Shown: positions 37,821 to 48,254, numbered from the stretch's first letter. The stretch: DNA of 64,000 nt from Thermoplasmatota archaeon (GCA_029939595.1 JAOZSQ010000001.1:347669-411668); one strand, 5' to 3'. The notes: a model not told the origin generated them from the letters alone. Numbers and translations are program-made.

Positions 37821-38162
37821 ATGGATGATGAAACTTTTTTGATACGTCTTCGTGATAATATTAAAAAGAAATACCCAAATGCTTGTAAATTTTTTGAATT
37901 AAGGGAAAAAGATCCTGTCGTGGAGAAATATTTAAAAGCATGGGAAGATAATCAGTTAAAATCTTTGCAAGATAATACACAGGCTAAACTCACTTTTGAA
38001 ATTGTACTTATTGAATGTTCTGTTATTTTGTCCAGACGAGTGCAATGTATTCTTGAACAACAAAAAAAGATAAAACAACAAAAGGCAGCACAAGAACAAA
38101 CAAAAAAATCAAATCCAACACCCAAATCAAATCCGTTTGGTGCGGAAGTTCTTAGGAGATAG
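37821..38162 (+). CDS. Hypothetical protein
   Basis: 113 aa; lone plus-strand gene. Confidence 0.3.
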   Translation: MDDETFLIRLRDNIKKKYPNACKFFELREKDPVVEKYLKAWEDNQLKSLQDNTQAKLTFEIVLIECSVILSRRVQCILEQQKKIKQQKAAQEQTKKSNPTPKSNPFGAEVLRR

Positions 38163-39636
38163 AGTTAAGAGCATTGTGTATGGTTTTTGATATTTCTTCC
38201 ATTGATGCTGGTTTTGAAAGATAACAACTATTCAATTTTTGCATTGTTTCTCCATTTACAGTTGATCCACTCATTAATATTATGGGGAAATTCTTGTCAA
38301 GTTCTCGTATTCTTTTAATGAGTTCTAAACCTGACATATCCGGCATACCTTGATCGGTGATTAGTAAATCATAATCATCAATAGTATCCTCTAATTTTTC
38401 TAGGGCTTTTGGGCTGGATTGTTCTGCTATTACCTCATAACCGAGTTGAGTTAACATGCCTTCTAGTGCATCTAAAAGGGATTTTTCATCGTCAACGAGT
38501 AGTATTGTTTCTTTATCACCTTTTATAATAACTGTATCTTCTTCAATTTTATCTTCAGTTTTGAAATATGGTAAATGTATTATGAATTTTGTTCCTTTTT
38601 TTAGTTGGCTTTCTACATCAATACTTCCATTATAGTTATTAACAATTCCATGAATCACTGATAATCCCAATCCTGAACCATTTCCAACTTTTTTGGTGGT
38701 GAAAAATGGATCAAATATTTTTTTTATGTTTTCTTTTGGAATTCCACAACCATTATCTTCAATACTAATTTGGATATAACCATTTTCTTTTTCTACATTT
38801 ATTTGTATTTTTCCACTATTATAACCCATAGCATGTTCGGCGTTTTTACATATATTAATTAAAATTTGGTGTACTTGGGTTTCGTTGCATTCAACTATGG
38901 CACTATCAGTGCTGATTTTATAATCTAAATCAATATTGGTTGGAATTGACGTTCTCAATATTTTTAGACTATTTTTAATAACGGGGATTATGTTTGTTTT
39001 TTTGGTGGTTGTTTTATCTTGTCTGGTAAAGGCTAAAATCTGGTGGATAATATCGGTTGCTCTCTTACCAGCATCTTTTATATTGTTACAGTATTGTTTA
39101 CCTTCTTCATTTATGAATCTTTCTAATAAGTTGAGATTGCCTAGCATAATGAATAATAAATTGTTGAATTCATGAGCAGTTCCACCTGCGAGTGTTCCCA
39201 ACGCTTCTATTTTTTTTGAATGATAAAGTTCATCTTCTAATTTATTTTTTTCTGTTATGTAAGATTTCCATTCTTTGATATATTTTATGGCTTTATCTAA
39301 TGTAATTTTTACATCTTCTATAACGAGAGGTTTTAATAGAAAATCAAAAGCTTCTTTGTTCATCGCAGTTCGGATGTTCGCCATGTCAGTGTCAGAAGAT
39401 ATAATTATATTTGCCATGATCCGGTCCAATTCGTTTATTTCATCCAACAAGCTCAATCCATCCATTCCAGGCATATGAATGTCTATGATGGTTACAATAA
39501 TATCGGGTTCATTGTTGAGTATTTCCAAAGCTTCTGTGGCGTTTGAAGCAAATAGAAGTGAATAATCATCTTCCAGAACACCATCAAACCAGTGATGGAT
39601 AGAAATTTCGTCATCAACTATCAGTATATTTTCCAT
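38152..39636 (-). CDS. Hybrid histidine kinase (REC-HisKA-HATPase-REC)
   Basis: N-terminal receiver (IVDDE...DIHMPGMDG...LLKP). H-box GGTAHEFNNLL. HATPase N/G boxes NAEHAM, EDNGCGIP, GSGLGLSV. C-terminal receiver (LLVDDE...TDQGMPDMSG). Confidence 0.8.
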   Translation of the reverse strand: MENILIVDDEISIHHWFDGVLEDDYSLLFASNATEALEILNNEPDIIVTIIDIHMPGMDGLSLLDEINELDRIMANIIISSDTDMANIRTAMNKEAFDFLLKPLVIEDVKITLDKAIKYIKEWKSYITEKNKLEDELYHSKKIEALGTLAGGTAHEFNNLLFIMLGNLNLLERFINEEGKQYCNNIKDAGKRATDIIHQILAFTRQDKTTTKKTNIIPVIKNSLKILRTSIPTNIDLDYKISTDSAIVECNETQVHQILINICKNAEHAMGYNSGKIQINVEKENGYIQISIEDNGCGIPKENIKKIFDPFFTTKKVGNGSGLGLSVIHGIVNNYNGSIDVESQLKKGTKFIIHLPYFKTEDKIEEDTVIIKGDKETILLVDDEKSLLDALEGMLTQLGYEVIAEQSSPKALEKLEDTIDDYDLLITDQGMPDMSGLELIKRIRELDKNFPIILMSGSTVNGETMQKLNSCYLSKPASMEEISKTIHNALNSIS

Positions 39637-39642
39637 TTTCCC

Positions 39643-41754
39643 TCATTTCAGATGTTTGTTTAAGATAGGAATTAGTTTTGCTAATTCCAGGGGTTTAGTT
39701 AAATAACCATTCATTCCAGACAATATACCTTTTTCTTTTTGTTCGTCAAAAGCATCAGCCGACAATCCGAATATAGGAATGAATTTACAATCGTCATAAG
39801 TTCTAATTTTTTTTGTTGCTTCAATTCCATTCATTCCAGGCATGTGAACGTCCATTAAAACCAAATCGGGTTTAAATCGTCTTGTTAAAGTAACAGCTTC
39901 GTAACCATCATGAGCAATTTTTATTGTCAATCCCATGTCTTTTAAAAGGATTTCAACTATTTGTTGGTTCATGGGTTCATCTTCAACAACTAATAATGTA
40001 TTAGATGAACTAAAGGAGGCAATTTCAATTTTTGGTTTTATATCAGCACGATTTTTTATTATTTTTATTGGGATGGTTACTGTAAAGGTACTACCCACAT
40101 CCAACGAGCTTTCTACTTCAATTTTTCCATCTAGTAAATTGATTAGGTTTTTTGTAATAGATAATCCCAAACCTGTTCCTTGGTAGTGTCTGGTGTTTGA
40201 ATTGTCTACTTGGGTGAATGGTTTAAAAATATCGGTTAGTTTGTCTTCGGGAATTCCAATTCCTTCATCTGATATTTCAAATACGAGGTTTTCACCGGTT
40301 GATGTTGAATTGAAATTTATATATTTATTTGTAGGTGTGAATTTTATGGCGTTACTAATAAGATTGATTAAAATTCTTTGGAGTTTGTTTCTGTCAGTGA
40401 ATATAATTTGGGGTAGGTTACTAAAATTATAAACGAATTTTATTCCTTTTTTGAAAGCGGTTGATTTGAGACCATGAAAAACTGTTTTTATGAGTATTTC
40501 AATGTCTATTTCTTCATTTTTTATTTCGTCTTTTCCTGCCTCAATTTTAGATAAATCAAGAACATTATTGATTAGTTCTGTCAAATTTCCACCAGCTATT
40601 TTTATCATATTTAAATAACCAAGTTCTTTTTCTCCAAATTGGATTTTATCTTGTCGGTTAATAAGTATCTGAGCAAACCCATATATAGAATTCAATGGGG
40701 TCCGAATTTCATGACTTATGTTTGCGAGAAACCTGCTTTTTGCTATATTGGCTGTTTCAGCTTGTTCTTTTGCTTTTATTAATTCCATTGCTATTTTCTT
40801 TTTGTCAGTTATGGGTATAGCGTAATGTAAAAGAAGATCATCACCAAGGGGACACCAGTAAGTATCATACCATTCACCACCTGATAAAACCTCTGCATAT
40901 TGTATTTTATTATCGTTTAAGCATTTATCCGCCATACAAAAACTACAATGTGGATGCGTTGGTGGTACTTTGCCCGTTCTCTCAAAATATTCCTTATCTT
41001 CACTATTAATAAACTGACATCTGCCAAAGGAACTCCAACAGTATTCCCCTGTTTTTATACCTAAATTAGAAGCAGTTTGGTTGACAGCAATTATCTTTCT
41101 TTTTTTGGTTGTAAGAAGTGTTACAAAAGGAAGTCCATTTAAGATTAGTCGTAATCGCTTTTCATTTTCTTTTAACGCTTCTTCTGCTCTCTTTAATTCT
41201 GTAATATCTGTAATTATAGAAACAAATCCTATGAGTTTTCCCTGTTCATTTCGCTTATATTCCCAATCAACAGCAACATCAATTATATCTCCATTTGGTT
41301 TTTTATTTTGTCCAGTATAAGGAGTGGGTTCTGGTTGTTCTTTTTTGAGATATTCAAAATATTCTTTCAGGCTTTTAGTTTCAGATTCAGTTAGAGCGTT
41401 ATCCCAAATTTTCTTTTTTCCTATAATCTCATCTATTGGATAACCTATTATTTTAACATAGGGTTCATTGCAATAGACAACAGTTCCATCTAAATCATTT
41501 TCTTGTACTTCATAAGGAATAGTATCAGCTAAAGTTCGGTATTTTTCTTCACTTTCCTTTAGATTTTTTGCGTATATTTCTCTAAAATATCCAAAAATAA
41601 AACCTATTAGGATACCAGTTATGGTTGATACTCCAACTATTTCAAAATGATATCCTAATGTTGGATGTTCAATAGTGTGGTGAATATATGAAAGAAAATG
41701 AAATAGTGCAAATCCTATAAGGATAAAACATAAAATGTTTATATATTTTTTCAT
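39643..41754 (-). CDS. Membrane-anchored PAS-domain hybrid sensor histidine kinase with a C-terminal receiver
   Basis: N-terminal TM segments; PAS-like regions; H-box ISHEIRTPLNSIYGF. HATPase LISNAIKFT, SDEGIGIPEDK, GTGLGLSI. Receiver LLVVEDEP...MDVHMPGMNG. Confidence 0.8.
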   Translation of the reverse strand: MKKYINILCFILIGFALFHFLSYIHHTIEHPTLGYHFEIVGVSTITGILIGFIFGYFREIYAKNLKESEEKYRTLADTIPYEVQENDLDGTVVYCNEPYVKIIGYPIDEIIGKKKIWDNALTESETKSLKEYFEYLKKEQPEPTPYTGQNKKPNGDIIDVAVDWEYKRNEQGKLIGFVSIITDITELKRAEEALKENEKRLRLILNGLPFVTLLTTKKRKIIAVNQTASNLGIKTGEYCWSSFGRCQFINSEDKEYFERTGKVPPTHPHCSFCMADKCLNDNKIQYAEVLSGGEWYDTYWCPLGDDLLLHYAIPITDKKKIAMELIKAKEQAETANIAKSRFLANISHEIRTPLNSIYGFAQILINRQDKIQFGEKELGYLNMIKIAGGNLTELINNVLDLSKIEAGKDEIKNEEIDIEILIKTVFHGLKSTAFKKGIKFVYNFSNLPQIIFTDRNKLQRILINLISNAIKFTPTNKYINFNSTSTGENLVFEISDEGIGIPEDKLTDIFKPFTQVDNSNTRHYQGTGLGLSITKNLINLLDGKIEVESSLDVGSTFTVTIPIKIIKNRADIKPKIEIASFSSSNTLLVVEDEPMNQQIVEILLKDMGLTIKIAHDGYEAVTLTRRFKPDLVLMDVHMPGMNGIEATKKIRTYDDCKFIPIFGLSADAFDEQKEKGILSGMNGYLTKPLELAKLIPILNKHLK

Positions 41755-41758
41755 TGGT

Positions 41759-42118
41759 TTATATTAATTGTTTATAAATTATCTCCTCGTCATACAGGAT
41801 TTCTAAAAAGCTTTCTATATCTTCTTCTTCCGAGTGGAATGCAACCATTACTTTTTGTTGGGTTACGTCAATACTATAATTATCAATATTGGAATCGTCC
41901 AATATTTGTAATAGATCCATTCCAAGAAGTTCTCTTTCATGAAAAGTAAAGACATATTTATCGTCCAATATTTTTTTTGCAAAATCTTCTGATACGTCTT
42001 TTACTTTGTCTGTGGCATATGCCACTACTTTTTCTTTTACCTCTTTTATTTCATCTTCAAACCAATCTTGAACCACAGAGATTACAAGAGAAATTAAAAA
42101 ACTGGTTTCAAAAATCAT
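41759..42118 (-). CDS. Small acidic protein translationally coupled to the nuclease gene
   Basis: 119 aa, Asp/Glu-rich; start overlaps the nuclease stop (ATGA). Confidence 0.3.
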   Translation of the reverse strand: MIFETSFLISLVISVVQDWFEDEIKEVKEKVVAYATDKVKDVSEDFAKKILDDKYVFTFHERELLGMDLLQILDDSNIDNYSIDVTQQKVMVAFHSEEEDIESFLEILYDEEIIYKQLI

Positions 42119-43443
42119 TTAGTCTCCTTATCACATAATCTTTTTGTATAATGATTATAATTTCCTTGTATGGCATATATTAACTCGTTTCTTTTACATT
42201 CATTATCCGTTACAGGATATTCTTCATTCCATCTCATTGCCAATGCTAGTTCAATATTATTAAAAATACTATATCCCAAAGCTTCTGAATAAGCTTCTTG
42301 CATATATAGTTGGGTCCGAGCAATGTAACCTCTTGCTACATCTGCTGGTGGTTCTGCTTTTTTGACATCATCGGTGTCATAACCAACTTCAAAATCACAT
42401 TCACCATATAATCTTGGTTCCCCTTCTAAGTTTTCTGTAAATGGATGATTACTTCTATCACCGTTCACTTCCCCTAATGCTGGCCACAAATTGTGAATGT
42501 CGTTATGTGCTCTGTTTCCAGTTATATGATAATGTTCAGCACAACTTCTGCCATATCGGTAGCTTCCCCCTCTTTCAATACAACCAGGATTTGAGTTGTT
42601 TTTATCAATCCATTCTGGTAATCTTCCTAACATCTTATTGGCAGGAACCACATGTTCGGCTTCAATACGATTTTGTCTGGTTTCGTTCAATCTGTATTTC
42701 GTTTTACATCCAGCCAGATCAATAGTATGTAGATCTGTATAATTACAATGACAATATATAGTGGTTTTCCAAAATTCATGTACCAAATATAATCGGCTTT
42801 TGGCAATATTAAAACTGGTAATTGTTTTGTTTCCTATGCCGGTGTAAGGCGTATCATATCCGCTATCGGATGTCCCTTCTTTTTCAACTAACAATACCGA
42901 ATTTTCAGCATTGGGAGTTCCAAATCCACCATCATAAGGGGTGGTTGCGTTTGCCCATGATATGTCATTGTCACCAGGAAGGTTAGAAGATGTTCTTTCC
43001 ATTGTGGCTTTTTTGGTGTTGTTTCCCGCATACCATTTACTGATGGTATCCATTATAACGCCGGATGAATTAACCAACATTAAAATTTCACCAGAATTGG
43101 CTAATGTGCCTTTGGTGGTTTGATTGGGGGTTACAACGGGAATTACGTTTTTAGTGATTAGAAAGAATCCGTGTGGATTAATCTTGCCATCTAGGATGAT
43201 GTCTATGCCACCATCTTGGGTTTTTAATATCCATCCTGTCAAGTCAATAGTTGCATCAGAATTGTTTTTGAGTTCTATCCATTCGTGATTGTAGGATGTT
43301 GTCATTCCCATCCAAGCAATTTCATTAAATGTAACGGGTGGAGGTTCGGCAGCATCCAGCATTACAGCACTGAGCAAAATTACAGTTAAAATTGCAATTA
43401 TTGCTAGTATTGATGCACCGGTATAAAGTAAATATTTTTTCAT
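42115..43443 (-). CDS. Secreted lamin-tail-domain plus endonuclease I (Vvn/EndA family) nuclease
   Basis: Signal peptide. LTD-like FNEIAWMG...HEWIELKN...IDLTGWIL. Endonuclease I motifs EHVVPAN and NDIHNLWPALGEVNGDRSNHPF. Many Cys. Confidence 0.65.
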   Translation of the reverse strand: MKKYLLYTGASILAIIAILTVILLSAVMLDAAEPPPVTFNEIAWMGMTTSYNHEWIELKNNSDATIDLTGWILKTQDGGIDIILDGKINPHGFFLITKNVIPVVTPNQTTKGTLANSGEILMLVNSSGVIMDTISKWYAGNNTKKATMERTSSNLPGDNDISWANATTPYDGGFGTPNAENSVLLVEKEGTSDSGYDTPYTGIGNKTITSFNIAKSRLYLVHEFWKTTIYCHCNYTDLHTIDLAGCKTKYRLNETRQNRIEAEHVVPANKMLGRLPEWIDKNNSNPGCIERGGSYRYGRSCAEHYHITGNRAHNDIHNLWPALGEVNGDRSNHPFTENLEGEPRLYGECDFEVGYDTDDVKKAEPPADVARGYIARTQLYMQEAYSEALGYSIFNNIELALAMRWNEEYPVTDNECKRNELIYAIQGNYNHYTKRLCDKETK

Positions 43444-43643
43444 AAATCTCCTTAAAAAATAGCCTAATTATCATATCCTACTGATCATTTTCTATTTTGT
43501 CAAGTTCTTTTTTAAACGCAGGATTTTTATGTTTATTTATATTTTTATCTTGGGTTACTCCTTCTTCACTGAGAGTAAATTTGGTATCAATTTTCTTGAC
43601 AATTATCTTAAAGGCGGATTTATATTTGATTGGATTGATCAGG

Positions 43644-44069
43644 TCATAGAATTTCATTCAATTTTGTTTTATCTATTTTAATGTTTCTGGATTTTTCAAA
43701 GTACCGAATGATGGCTTCTGTAACTTCTTCCCAAAAATCCTCAAATTTATGAACTATTTCTTTTTCTACCCTTTGGTATTTTACCCAATTTGTATTGGAA
43801 AACAGTAGCATTCGGCTGTAGTCATATTTAGTCATGAATACGATGTATGTGTTGTTCCATAAGTGAACAGACCTATTTATAAAGTTACCCAAGATTAATT
43901 CTGCAAGCCAATCTTGGGTTGTTTTAGGTTTGAGAGTTTTTAAAAAATCAAAAAAGTTACAAATCTCATTCATTAATTTATTTGGAATATTAAATTTCCA
44001 AATAAAAGGTATTACCGCAGATCCACAATCTTGTAATTTTTTGACGATTCTGAATTTTGCATAATGCAT
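43644..44069 (-). CDS. Hypothetical protein
   Basis: 141 aa. Confidence 0.3.
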   Translation of the reverse strand: MHYAKFRIVKKLQDCGSAVIPFIWKFNIPNKLMNEICNFFDFLKTLKPKTTQDWLAELILGNFINRSVHLWNNTYIVFMTKYDYSRMLLFSNTNWVKYQRVEKEIVHKFEDFWEEVTEAIIRYFEKSRNIKIDKTKLNEIL

Positions 44070-44082
44070 GGTTATTTATTGG

Positions 44083-45840
44083 TTAGAGAAAGTCAGTTAT
44101 TCCATTTTCTTTTTCTGGACGTTTATATATTCCAGAACCCAACATTCCTGATTCTGAAACTCTAAATAAGAATTCTTTTAACATTCTGAAGATTTCAGCT
44201 TCAACCATTACAAAGAATATCTTTCCGTTGTCTTGTTCTATATAGTCCAATAAATTTTTAATTTTTGTTCGTATTTTCTCAATTAATGTTTTGAGGTCAT
44301 CTTTCAAGAGTTTTGTAATTGATTCGCCGGATGCTTTTTTCAAATTAACCATTTCCTGGAGCATTACTACCAATTGATCGTTGAGTAGAGATTCAATTAT
44401 TTTTGTTTTCTTTTTTATTTCATTGTGTTGTTTGATGCTTTCTTTATTTTCACGAATGGACCCCATTAATCTAAAGCTCATAACTGTTAAATGTAAGCTT
44501 ACAATAAGTTCTAAATCTTCTTTTCTAGTGAATTTAATTTTGACACTATTTAAAATTTCTCTGGAAACAATTTTTATGTCATTTTTTAAATTTGTAATGC
44601 TCATTTCTATTTGATTTTTTGATTCAGTAAATCCATTTTCTATTCCTCTATCAAAATTGGAAATTTTATTAGATTCTTCCAATAACTGTGTTTTAATATC
44701 CGATGCCAGTTTGTTTCCGTCTTCAAAATGTTTGGCTGATTTAGATAAGAAATCTCTTGCATTTTGTTCATTTGTTTTTTGTAGACGATCAACTTCTTCT
44801 AATATATTTTCAATGTCTTTATTTTGTTTTGAATGGATCAATTCTACTTTATGTTGCATACCAACGAGTGTTTCTTTTATTTCCTGAATAACGCCGGATG
44901 TTTTCTGCATGAACGTATCTATTTGATTCATAGCGGATACAGCTTTTAACATCTCTGGTGGTAATGCTTGAGGTTTTGTTTCAGCAGTTGTCTCTTTTTT
45001 GTCATCTTTACCAGGAATTATATTACTAACAGTTTTTTGAGTTCCTACAATTATTCTCATTATAAGTCTATATGCTAAAAATAACAAAACTAACGCTAGA
45101 ACACCACCAATAGCCAAACCAGTGATACCTTTATCTGTAAATAACTTAACAAGATCTAAACCAGTAGACATATATTGTTTAGCCGCATCTTTTCCACGAT
45201 TACTTGAACCGGTCGTTGGAGTTTTCTCTTTGTTTGTTTTGATCGGTTCGGTTAGTTTTTTAATTATTTTAGATTTTATAGAAGGGTGGCTTTTCCATTT
45301 ATTTTTAAGTTTATTACTTCTGGCTTCGCTTAAAGGAAATGGGTATATATCACTATCTTTAATTAATCTGCTTAGTTTGAAAGAAAATTTTTCAATATTT
45401 TTAATGGCTTCTTCAGATGAAATTCTTGTTTTATAAACAACGAAAGAAATACCCACCAAACTTGTCAAATCTTTATCAAATAGAGCAGTAACATACCCAT
45501 ATTTCATTCCTTCTTCCGCCCATGTATGCATAAAATCTTCATTAGCAGTTTCTAAATCTAAAACAATGGGTTTACCTAATGATGAATATGATTTTCGTAT
45601 TGGAGCAAATAATCGGTTGTATATTATTTTTTGATGAGTTGAATCTTTGCTAATATGTAATTTATCACCAGCAATAACGGTTAATATTCTGTTTTGATTC
45701 GGTTTTTTTATAACTAAAACAATACATTTTTTTGCACCAAAGGTTTGTTTGAATTCGGAGCATCTATTTATCAATTCGTCATTTGCTAACAAAATTGAGT
45801 TTAATAGCAATATAAAAAGTAAAATCAGTAACTTTTTCAT
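44083..45840 (-). CDS. Membrane protein: signal peptide, periplasmic domain, one TM, cytoplasmic coiled-coil
   Basis: 585 aa; TM segment ITGLAIGGVLALVLLFLAYRLIM; long heptad-rich C-terminal half. Confidence 0.4.
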   Translation of the reverse strand: MKKLLILLFILLLNSILLANDELINRCSEFKQTFGAKKCIVLVIKKPNQNRILTVIAGDKLHISKDSTHQKIIYNRLFAPIRKSYSSLGKPIVLDLETANEDFMHTWAEEGMKYGYVTALFDKDLTSLVGISFVVYKTRISSEEAIKNIEKFSFKLSRLIKDSDIYPFPLSEARSNKLKNKWKSHPSIKSKIIKKLTEPIKTNKEKTPTTGSSNRGKDAAKQYMSTGLDLVKLFTDKGITGLAIGGVLALVLLFLAYRLIMRIIVGTQKTVSNIIPGKDDKKETTAETKPQALPPEMLKAVSAMNQIDTFMQKTSGVIQEIKETLVGMQHKVELIHSKQNKDIENILEEVDRLQKTNEQNARDFLSKSAKHFEDGNKLASDIKTQLLEESNKISNFDRGIENGFTESKNQIEMSITNLKNDIKIVSREILNSVKIKFTRKEDLELIVSLHLTVMSFRLMGSIRENKESIKQHNEIKKKTKIIESLLNDQLVVMLQEMVNLKKASGESITKLLKDDLKTLIEKIRTKIKNLLDYIEQDNGKIFFVMVEAEIFRMLKEFLFRVSESGMLGSGIYKRPEKENGITDFL

Positions 45841-45841
45841 A

Positions 45842-46546
45842 TTAAGTAGTATCCTTATTTGGTTTGGTTGCTACGTATACAACAGCTATTATCACCATTG
45901 CTCCAAGTATTGATAAGAATATGAATATAGCCATTAAAGTATATACTCTATCATATGCTATCATTCTATCTTCTGATAGTTTTAATTTTAAGTCTTCCAA
46001 ACTTGAACTTGTAACTATAATTAAGCCTAGTGGTTCAAATAATTTACAATAATTTACAATTAGTTTTTTATCATCATAATGGTATATATAACCTTCTCCT
46101 GTATCACCATTTGCAGTGTTTATTATTTCCCGAACGTAGTAGTGGTTTTTACTATCTTTAACACCATAAAGATTTTTGCCGTTGAGATTAAATTTAATAG
46201 GATGAAAAAACATGTTGTGATCCATGTCTACGACCCAAAAGTGATGTCGGATTTTATTTTCTGGAGTAAATGTTACATTTTTTAATACATCTTTCAAAAA
46301 TATATTAAAATCCATTTGTATTTTTAATTTCATGTAATTTTTATGTACTATCGTTATTGAACCATGTAACACTTCTATTGCAACTTTTGTTTTTCTTTTT
46401 CTTTCTCTTATATAATGGTCTTGTAATGCTTCAACAATACCTGAACCCGCAGTATGCAAAGTTACAAAAGTGATGGTGTTGGCAATTATAAATATACCAA
46501 TTATAAAAGTTACCCAATGCGTAAATGAGAGTTTGATTTTTTTCAT
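45842..46546 (-). CDS. Two-TM membrane protein with a periplasmic sensor-like domain (no output domain)
   Basis: N-terminal and C-terminal TM helices flank a domain of about 170 aa; adjacent to the receiver and histidine-kinase genes. Confidence 0.35.
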   Translation of the reverse strand: MKKIKLSFTHWVTFIIGIFIIANTITFVTLHTAGSGIVEALQDHYIRERKRKTKVAIEVLHGSITIVHKNYMKLKIQMDFNIFLKDVLKNVTFTPENKIRHHFWVVDMDHNMFFHPIKFNLNGKNLYGVKDSKNHYYVREIINTANGDTGEGYIYHYDDKKLIVNYCKLFEPLGLIIVTSSSLEDLKLKLSEDRMIAYDRVYTLMAIFIFLSILGAMVIIAVVYVATKPNKDTT

Positions 46547-46639
46547 TTCTATCCCTAAATTTTTTTGCCATATAAATATACTACTATGACTACTATTAAT
46601 AAATATATTATTTCTATAATTGATAATGTCAAAAACATT

Positions 46640-47050
46640 TTATCCTTCAGTTATCAGATTAATCTCTACCAGAATTTCATAAACCTTTTTTTTATCAACT
46701 GGTTTAGTTAGATAATAATCACATCCTTCGGTGAAGGCATTTAGAATGTTATCTGTGTCATTAAGTGCTGTGACCATTATGATTGGAGTATATTTTCTTC
46801 TTTTATTCGGTGGGAAATAGGTTTCTTCAACAGTTCTTATTTTTTCCATTGCTTCATGTCCATCCATTACCGGCATCATGATATCCAGAAAAATAGCTGA
46901 ATATGGTTTATTTTCTTCTTTAGATTCCATAAAAAGTTCTACAGCAATTAATCCATTTTCAGCGTGTTCGCAGACAGCACCATGTTTGACGAGAATTGTT
47001 TCTAACATTTTTCTGTTGATATTGCTATCATCTACAATTAACATTTTCAT
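46640..47050 (-). CDS. CheY-like single-domain response regulator receiver
   Basis: LIVDDS...FLDIMMPVMDG...IIMVTAL...YYLTKP. Confidence 0.75.
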   Translation of the reverse strand: MKMLIVDDSNINRKMLETILVKHGAVCEHAENGLIAVELFMESKEENKPYSAIFLDIMMPVMDGHEAMEKIRTVEETYFPPNKRRKYTPIIMVTALNDTDNILNAFTEGCDYYLTKPVDKKKVYEILVEINLITEG

Positions 47051-47075
47051 TTTGTCCTCTATTGATGAGGTTTAT

Positions 47076-47333
47076 TTATGTCATATCTAAGAAATCTTGT
47101 TTGAGACATTCAAGATATCCGATTGTTTTAAATGGATCATTTTCAACCGACCCCCACCATCCAATTCCTGGTTTGTTGTTTTTGTCTATTGTAATAATGG
47201 CTAATCCTTGGAGTTCTCCACAACATGTCCGATCCATTAGATTTTTTATGGCATTGAGAATTTCCCAATTTGGTTCGGTTTTTTGATTTTCACTGGTATA
47301 TAAAGTCAAAATTTTTTTTGGTTCGGTTTTCAT
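47076..47333 (-). CDS. Hypothetical protein
   Basis: 85 aa. Confidence 0.3.
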   Translation of the reverse strand: MKTEPKKILTLYTSENQKTEPNWEILNAIKNLMDRTCCGELQGLAIITIDKNNKPGIGWWGSVENDPFKTIGYLECLKQDFLDMT

Positions 47334-47380
47334 TTTTCCTCTTTACTTGTATTTATTTATGAAATAATAAATAATATTGT

Positions 47381-47923
47381 TTGAATTTAATTATATTTAT
47401 CATTAGGAAGGTTATGCTATTTAAGGAATTTATGAGAAAGAACGAAACTCCAAGAGAGATTGTATTGTTATGCGGTCCTCAGTGTTCAGGTAAAAGTACA
47501 TGGCTCAAGAAAAATAAGAAAGCTTATTACAAGGTTTTGTCTAGGGATGGGATCATTATGAAAAAAGCTGCTAGAATGGGTGTTACCAACTACGAAAAGG
47601 CTTTTGACTCGGTTCCAGCAAAAGAAGTTGATTCGGAATTATACAACAGGTTGAAACAACTGACTGATGCTGGAAGAGGAGTGTATATAGATATGATGTC
47701 GTTGACTTCCAAATCACGAGCCAAGATACTTGATAAAGTGCCGGACGATTATAAAAAAGTAGCTGTGGTATTTGATACTCCGCTTCAAACGCTGTTGAAA
47801 CGGAATGAAGCCCGATCTAAAGAGGAAGATAAGTATCTCCCCCCAGGAGTCATAGTCAACTCATTTAAACGATTAGAGTACCCAAGCAAGACCGAAGGCT
47901 TTACAACCATCTCAAAAGCATAA
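47381..47923 (+). CDS. pnk: Polynucleotide 5'-kinase, kinase domain only (T4 Pnk N-terminal-domain-like)
   Basis: P-loop LLCGPQCSGKSTW against T4 Pnk TIGCPGSGKSTWA. TLLKRNEARSK against T4 ELVKRNSKRGT. No phosphatase domain. Confidence 0.6.
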   Translation: MNLIIFIIRKVMLFKEFMRKNETPREIVLLCGPQCSGKSTWLKKNKKAYYKVLSRDGIIMKKAARMGVTNYEKAFDSVPAKEVDSELYNRLKQLTDAGRGVYIDMMSLTSKSRAKILDKVPDDYKKVAVVFDTPLQTLLKRNEARSKEEDKYLPPGVIVNSFKRLEYPSKTEGFTTISKA

Positions 47924-48178
47924 ATCACGTTCTTTGAAACTATCCGTTTTTCCCCATCCGCCATGAGGTAGTTTTTCGTTATTGGTTTCATAATATTTTC
48001 TCGTATCATCATTATAGAGTTGTCTTCTCTCGTTCCTACTGTTAACTTTGTATATTTGTAGGTTACTTGATATTTTATGCCTATTGTCTATACTAGGTAA
48101 GTTATCCATGATATACCCAATTCCATTATTGAAGGCACAAAAGCGTCCTTGTTGATTTAATGCTTTTCCAAAATTCAT
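47912..48178 (-). CDS. Hypothetical protein
   Basis: 88 aa. Confidence 0.25.
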   Translation of the reverse strand: MNFGKALNQQGRFCAFNNGIGYIMDNLPSIDNRHKISSNLQIYKVNSRNERRQLYNDDTRKYYETNNEKLPHGGWGKTDSFKERDLCF

Positions 48179-48254
48179 AATCTCTCCTAAAAATTCATAA
48201 TAATTTGTATTTTACTTTCGCATAAGTCACAACATCCATTTGATATCGCATTTT

